Source of the DNA: the human T2T-CHM13v2.0 reference genome, Homo sapiens
NCBI RefSeq assembly: GCF_009914755.1
Contig: NC_060947.1
DNA length: 64,000 nucleotides
Strand: one strand, 5' to 3'
Position numbers and translations under genes: made by a program. Of this stretch, positions 59,372-64,000 are shown piece by piece. Positions within the stretch are counted from its first letter, which is position 1, and every line of letters begins with the position of its first letter. The notes below the pieces were generated by a model. It worked only from the letters and a program-made list of their open reading frames with translations, ran no database searches and was not told the origin of the DNA.

Positions 59372-59471
59372 AAAAATAAATGCATCATCAAACAATAAAA
59401 TTATTGTAGATTAGCATCATACAATAAAGAAAAAAATACTGTAGTAAGAGCATTCAGGCTAATCTCTATAT

Positions 59472-59645
59472 CAAGGGTCAGGCCAGATCTAACCTATAAC
59501 CTGTTTCTGTAAATAAAGTTTTATTGGAACACAGGTGCTCTCATTTATGAGTATTGTCTATGGTTGCAACAGAGATCTTATGACTCACAATGCCTAAAAT
59601 ATTTACCATCTGGCACTTTAAAAAAATGTATGCTGACCCCTACTC
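59472..59645 (+). mobile_element. MER58A-like
   Basis: gtaaataaagttttattggaacac...cctaaaatatttaccatctggcactt...tgctgacccct. Confidence 0.75.
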
Positions 59646-59709
59646 TATATGTAACATGGCAGGGATGGTCAGCCTCTATTTCCAATACATATTTTACATA
59701 CACCTAATC

Positions 59710-59927
59710 CAGGGTTTCCCAACCTTGGCACTATTGATGTTTTGGGTTGCATAATTCTTCGTTGTGGGGGGTACTGTCCTGTGCATCATGGGATGTTTAA
59801 CAGCATTTGTGATCTCCAGTCACTAGGTGTCAGTTAGCACCCTCCCACTTTTGACAGTCAGAAATGTCTGTAGACATTGCCAAATATCCTCTAGTGGGCA
59901 AAATTACTCACAGTTGAAAATCACTGA
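59710..59927 (-). mobile_element. MER20
   Basis: cagggtttcccaaccttggcactattga...agacattgccaaat...cagttgaaaatcactg. Confidence 0.85.
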
Positions 59928-61789
59928 CCTAACTTGTAATTTTGTACTGATCTCACAAATTGGGACATGGCAGTGTCATGCAACTTGAGGCTGTAACTTA
60001 ATACATAGCACAACTGGCTGCTACTTCAAGTGGCCAGTGGAAGCAAAGCAATGTGGAATACTTTTCCCACTACCTTCCAAGGCCATGAAACATTAGCTAT
60101 CTCTAGTCACAAATCGAGTGCCCTGCATTCTGTCTTTAGAAAGAATGTATGAGTTTCTTTGTGTTTGAAAAAGGTCAGGAAATGAGTAACGGGTTATTGT
60201 TAATCATTTTTTAGATTTAACTATGTGTTAGGGCGAGAACTTGGTTCACTACCTATGTATATTACACACTGCTACAAAAGATTATGACAGAATCTTCAAG
60301 TATAAAGTGGAGGTCTACTAAATCTATCAAACAATGTGAGCTGAATGAGTAAATAAGTAATGCATAATAAATCCACTACAAAATTTCTAAGTCTTTGGAT
60401 TCCTTCACCTATATCATACTGAGAAACTTTTAACATCTCAACTTCCTTTACTCTGGCCCCCTTATTGAGTTCAACTAAACAAACAACTGGAACTACTCCC
60501 AGCATCTTAACCTAACACAATGGAATCAGAATCTCCTGGTAAGTGCTTCTTAAACAATGAACTCAGCCTTATCTAGTATTTTGTCCTTCCTTCATTGGTA
60601 TAGCACCCACTGAACCTATTATGATTCTTGCCAATATACATTAGTAAATTTGCAATTTGGCAACTGGAGACTGCCATGACCTGATTTTAGTTTAGGTGTT
60701 GCAATAATTAGAGGTAGTGGGCTAAATAGAATTTTCTCCCCTTTTCAAGGTAACACTCTCAGCAAGGTTGTTACAGGGTCTTCAAAGAATGGCGGAACAG
60801 CCTCATAAACCAGGAGAGAAAGGAAGATTCTATGGTTTGGGGTACTGAGTTATATGAGTCTTGCCATATGTCCCCATTTCAGTTCTTGGGATCTCACTCT
60901 CTCCTAATCCAAATATAACTTTTATGTAAAATATCTGGTAAATCAAAGTTTTTATGCAGCAGCCCAAGAATCAAAATTTGAGTTTTGTTTTCAACTATCT
61001 CGCTCCAGTGGCTGCAAGTGATAAGAGATTCTTTGAGAAAAATCATAGAAGTTCCACAATTTTTTGGATTTGTCTTGATATAAGACATTAAGGCTTTGAG
61101 GTTGCTTTTCTTTTCTTTAAGCTGCCAAGTTCAGCTAGAAGCAGCGCTATACTATGCCTTTCATATTATTCTATTCCAACTACCACTAGATCCTTCAGAG
61201 TCTTGCCCAAAATGAGCACATTATTACTAATGAGCATAGATAATAATTAGCTATTTCTTTGATTTGAGCATGTCTTGGACTACTGGTTGAGTCTTTAGAG
61301 ATATCAACAACAATTAGAAGAGGTAATAAATCTGAGATTTCCCCTTATTTTCCTGAGGATCTGTTGCTTGCCACCTCTTTTGGTACCAATTTCTCAATCA
61401 GGTTGGTTATTAAGTAGAAAAGTCATTCATTAATAGTTCTCACAATTGCTCAGAGCCCTGGTAAATTGAGCTTGAAGCCAAACTTCCAGGAATAGATCTG
61501 AAACCATGCCTCAAAACAGACTTGATAAACTACTGCCACTGATTGCTAGAGGAAGCCTGCATTGCCACTATCCTTACGCCACATCTATGGCAGGAACTCA
61601 ACTTTGCAATCACCAGAAAGCTGCTGTCATTGTACCAGTAGATGCTAGGCACATCTCCAGGAGAAATGGAAGCACCAAAGATTGTTGCCTTATAAACCAC
61701 AATCTCACATGGATGCATTTGATTGCTGGGTCTAGGTCACATCTATGTACAGTAGTTGCAAGTGGGGCTGTGAATTTGAGTTTATACTC

Positions 61790-62092
61790 TTATGTTGGAG
61801 TCCAAAGGCCAGGGAGCCTGGAGTTGTTTTCCAAGGACAGGAGAGGAATAGTGTGTCCCAGCTTTAGCAGATCCACACATTCATCTTTTCTCTGCTTTGT
61901 TCTTTCTGGACCCCCAATAGATTGGATGGTACCTGCCCACATAGAGGGTAGATCTTCTCCACCAAGTCTATTTTGACTCACAGCTAAACTCTTCTGAAAA
62001 CACCCTCACGGACACACTCCAAAATAATGCTTTACCAGGTTTCTAAGTATTCTTTAATCTCATCAAGTTGACACCTAAAATTAACCATAACA
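61790..62092 (-). mobile_element. MLT2 (ERVL) LTR fragment
   Basis: gattggatggtacctgcccacatagagggtagatcttc...caagttgacacctaaaattaaccat. Confidence 0.8.
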
Positions 62093-62094
62093 CA

Positions 62095-63010
62095 CACACC
62101 ATCCCAAAATTTAATGTTTTAAAGCAACATTTATTTTGTTCACAAATGTGAAATTTGGGCAAGAAACAATCTGTTTCATTCAGTGTAAGCTTGGGGATAG
62201 AATCACATGAAATCTCAGTCACTCACATGTCTAGCGACTGATGATGGCTTTCAGGTTGAGACTTTAACTGAGGCCATTGGCCAGACACCTACATGTGGCC
62301 TGTCCACGAAGAACCAAACTGTCTACCCCCACACAGCTTACTGTCTACATTAACCTGACTTTACTATTCCATTGTCTTTGTTAGTATAACTTTGGTATTC
62401 CAGTAGACTATTGCCCAGAAAGACAAAAGTTGCAAGTAAAATTATTGTTCTTTACAGGAGTTTCTGAAAGTTGTATCATTCTTCAGTAGAAGAGTTTACA
62501 TCGTAAGATTATTTGAGCCTCTAGCCTCAAAACGCTTACCTTGTAGTATCCACCAATCCTAAGATCCTTATCCTATTCTAATCAAGCTCCTGTGTTGAAA
62601 GACTCTCATAAACCAAACTCCCAGCTCTCAATATAGCATCAGACTTTGTTCTCCTGTTCTGAGACTCTCTCAGATTCCATGAAGTATCACTTTAAGCAAT
62701 ATATTCAACTTAGTCTTTTCAATGTGTTGTTCTGGTGATATTTGGGAAGCCAGCATTTGACACCATGTGGCCTGGGCTTCTTTACAACATGGTGGCTAAG
62801 TTTCAAGAGTGAGTATTCCAAAAGAAAGCTATGTAGAAGTGATATAGTCTTTTTAAAGATAAGATCAGAAATCACACAGCATCATTTCCACTACATTCCA
62901 GCCATGGAGGTAACCACAAATGTTCACCCAGGTTCAAGGAAAAGGGGATTAGACAACACCATTTGATGGGAGGAATCAAGAATTTTCAGACAGATCTCTA
63001 AACCATCACA
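62095..63010 (-). mobile_element. MLT1 LTR with a probable nested LTR fragment (~62310-62750)
   Basis: ctacatgtggcctgtccac resumes as ccatgtggcctgggcttc...aaaccatcaca. Confidence 0.55.
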
Positions 63011-63014
63011 TCCC

Positions 63015-63235
63015 CTAAACTCAATTAACATTGTCTACAGGTTCTTGGAAACTGCAATTTTAGGTACAATGCCTAAGGAAGCCAACTTTTCCATAGGCTA
63101 ATTGATATAAACAAGAGTGATGAGATTGATATAAACACGAGTGATATAAACAAGAGTTCCTATGGCATACTTCTGGTCACAAAAACATCACCAAACTTCT
63201 AAATAAAAACCAAAACACATCTAATATTAAATATA
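63015..63235 (+). mobile_element. MER6-like (TcMar-Tigger) fragment
   Basis: cataggctaattgatataaacaagagt...ttctggtcacaaaaacatcaccaaacttctaaataaa. Confidence 0.7.
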
Positions 63236-63394
63236 TTGTCGTGGGGTGGGGGGATGGGGAGGGATAGCATTAGGAGAAATACCTAATGTAAATGACGAGT
63301 TAATGGGTACAGCAAACCAACACAGCACATGTATACACATGTAACAAACCTGCACGTTGTGCACATGTACCCTAGAACTTAAAGTATAAAAAAA
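63236..63394 (+). mobile_element. Short L1PA (about PA5-6) 3'UTR fragment
   Basis: gggatagcattaggagaaatacctaatgtaaatgacgagttaatggg...ccctagaacttaaagtata. Confidence 0.9.
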
Positions 63395-63592
63395 GTATAA
63401 TTATCACCAATTATTTGATTTTGTTCGTAGAACCATACCAAATTTGAAGAAAAATGAAATCAATGAGAAGCTTTGTTTCTAAGGTTTAAAGTTAAAAGGG
63501 CAATTGCAGTTGTCCAATAACTAAAGATAATTTAATTACTTGTTGAAAATTATTTTGCCTTGATTATCTAGGAATTGGTAATCAAAACATAA

Positions 63593-63938
<346 letters not shown>

Positions 63939-64000
63939 TGAGGTTTTTTAACATAAGCATTTCTTATTTCAAAAGGAAGGTAGTAGTTCTAAATTTTAAT

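Noticed and set aside
61506-61976. 156-aa ORF
   Set aside because: It runs through LTR-derived sequence and has no recognisable domain.

Overview
Primate (human-like) intergenic DNA with no intact protein-coding gene, RNA gene or CRISPR array that I can support. It holds three old processed pseudogenes, each with candidate target-site duplications (TSDs): BAG1 (+, ~739-3642), ferritin light chain FTL (-, ~6193-7228) and UBTF/UBF1 (-, ~53001-56237). The rest is dense in L1, Alu, MaLR/ERVL LTR, MIR/L2 and DNA-transposon remnants. From memory, the BAG1-FTL-UBTF pseudogene order suggests human Xp11.4 between OTC and TSPAN7; this is unverified. I see no evidence for a new multi-gene system. The best leads are: (1) the FTL retrocopy looks like a recently dead retrogene, with only codon-sized deletions, one stop, retained CpGs, no IRE and a G-rich VNTR at its 5' end; (2) two candidate L1 3' transductions; (3) four 5'-inverted L1s within 17 kb; (4) the BAG1 copy preserves ancestral states; (5) several small templated-insertion and template-switch scars. 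Repeat subfamily names and comparisons with parent genes come from recalled consensus sequences, not alignments. Boundaries of old repeats are approximate.
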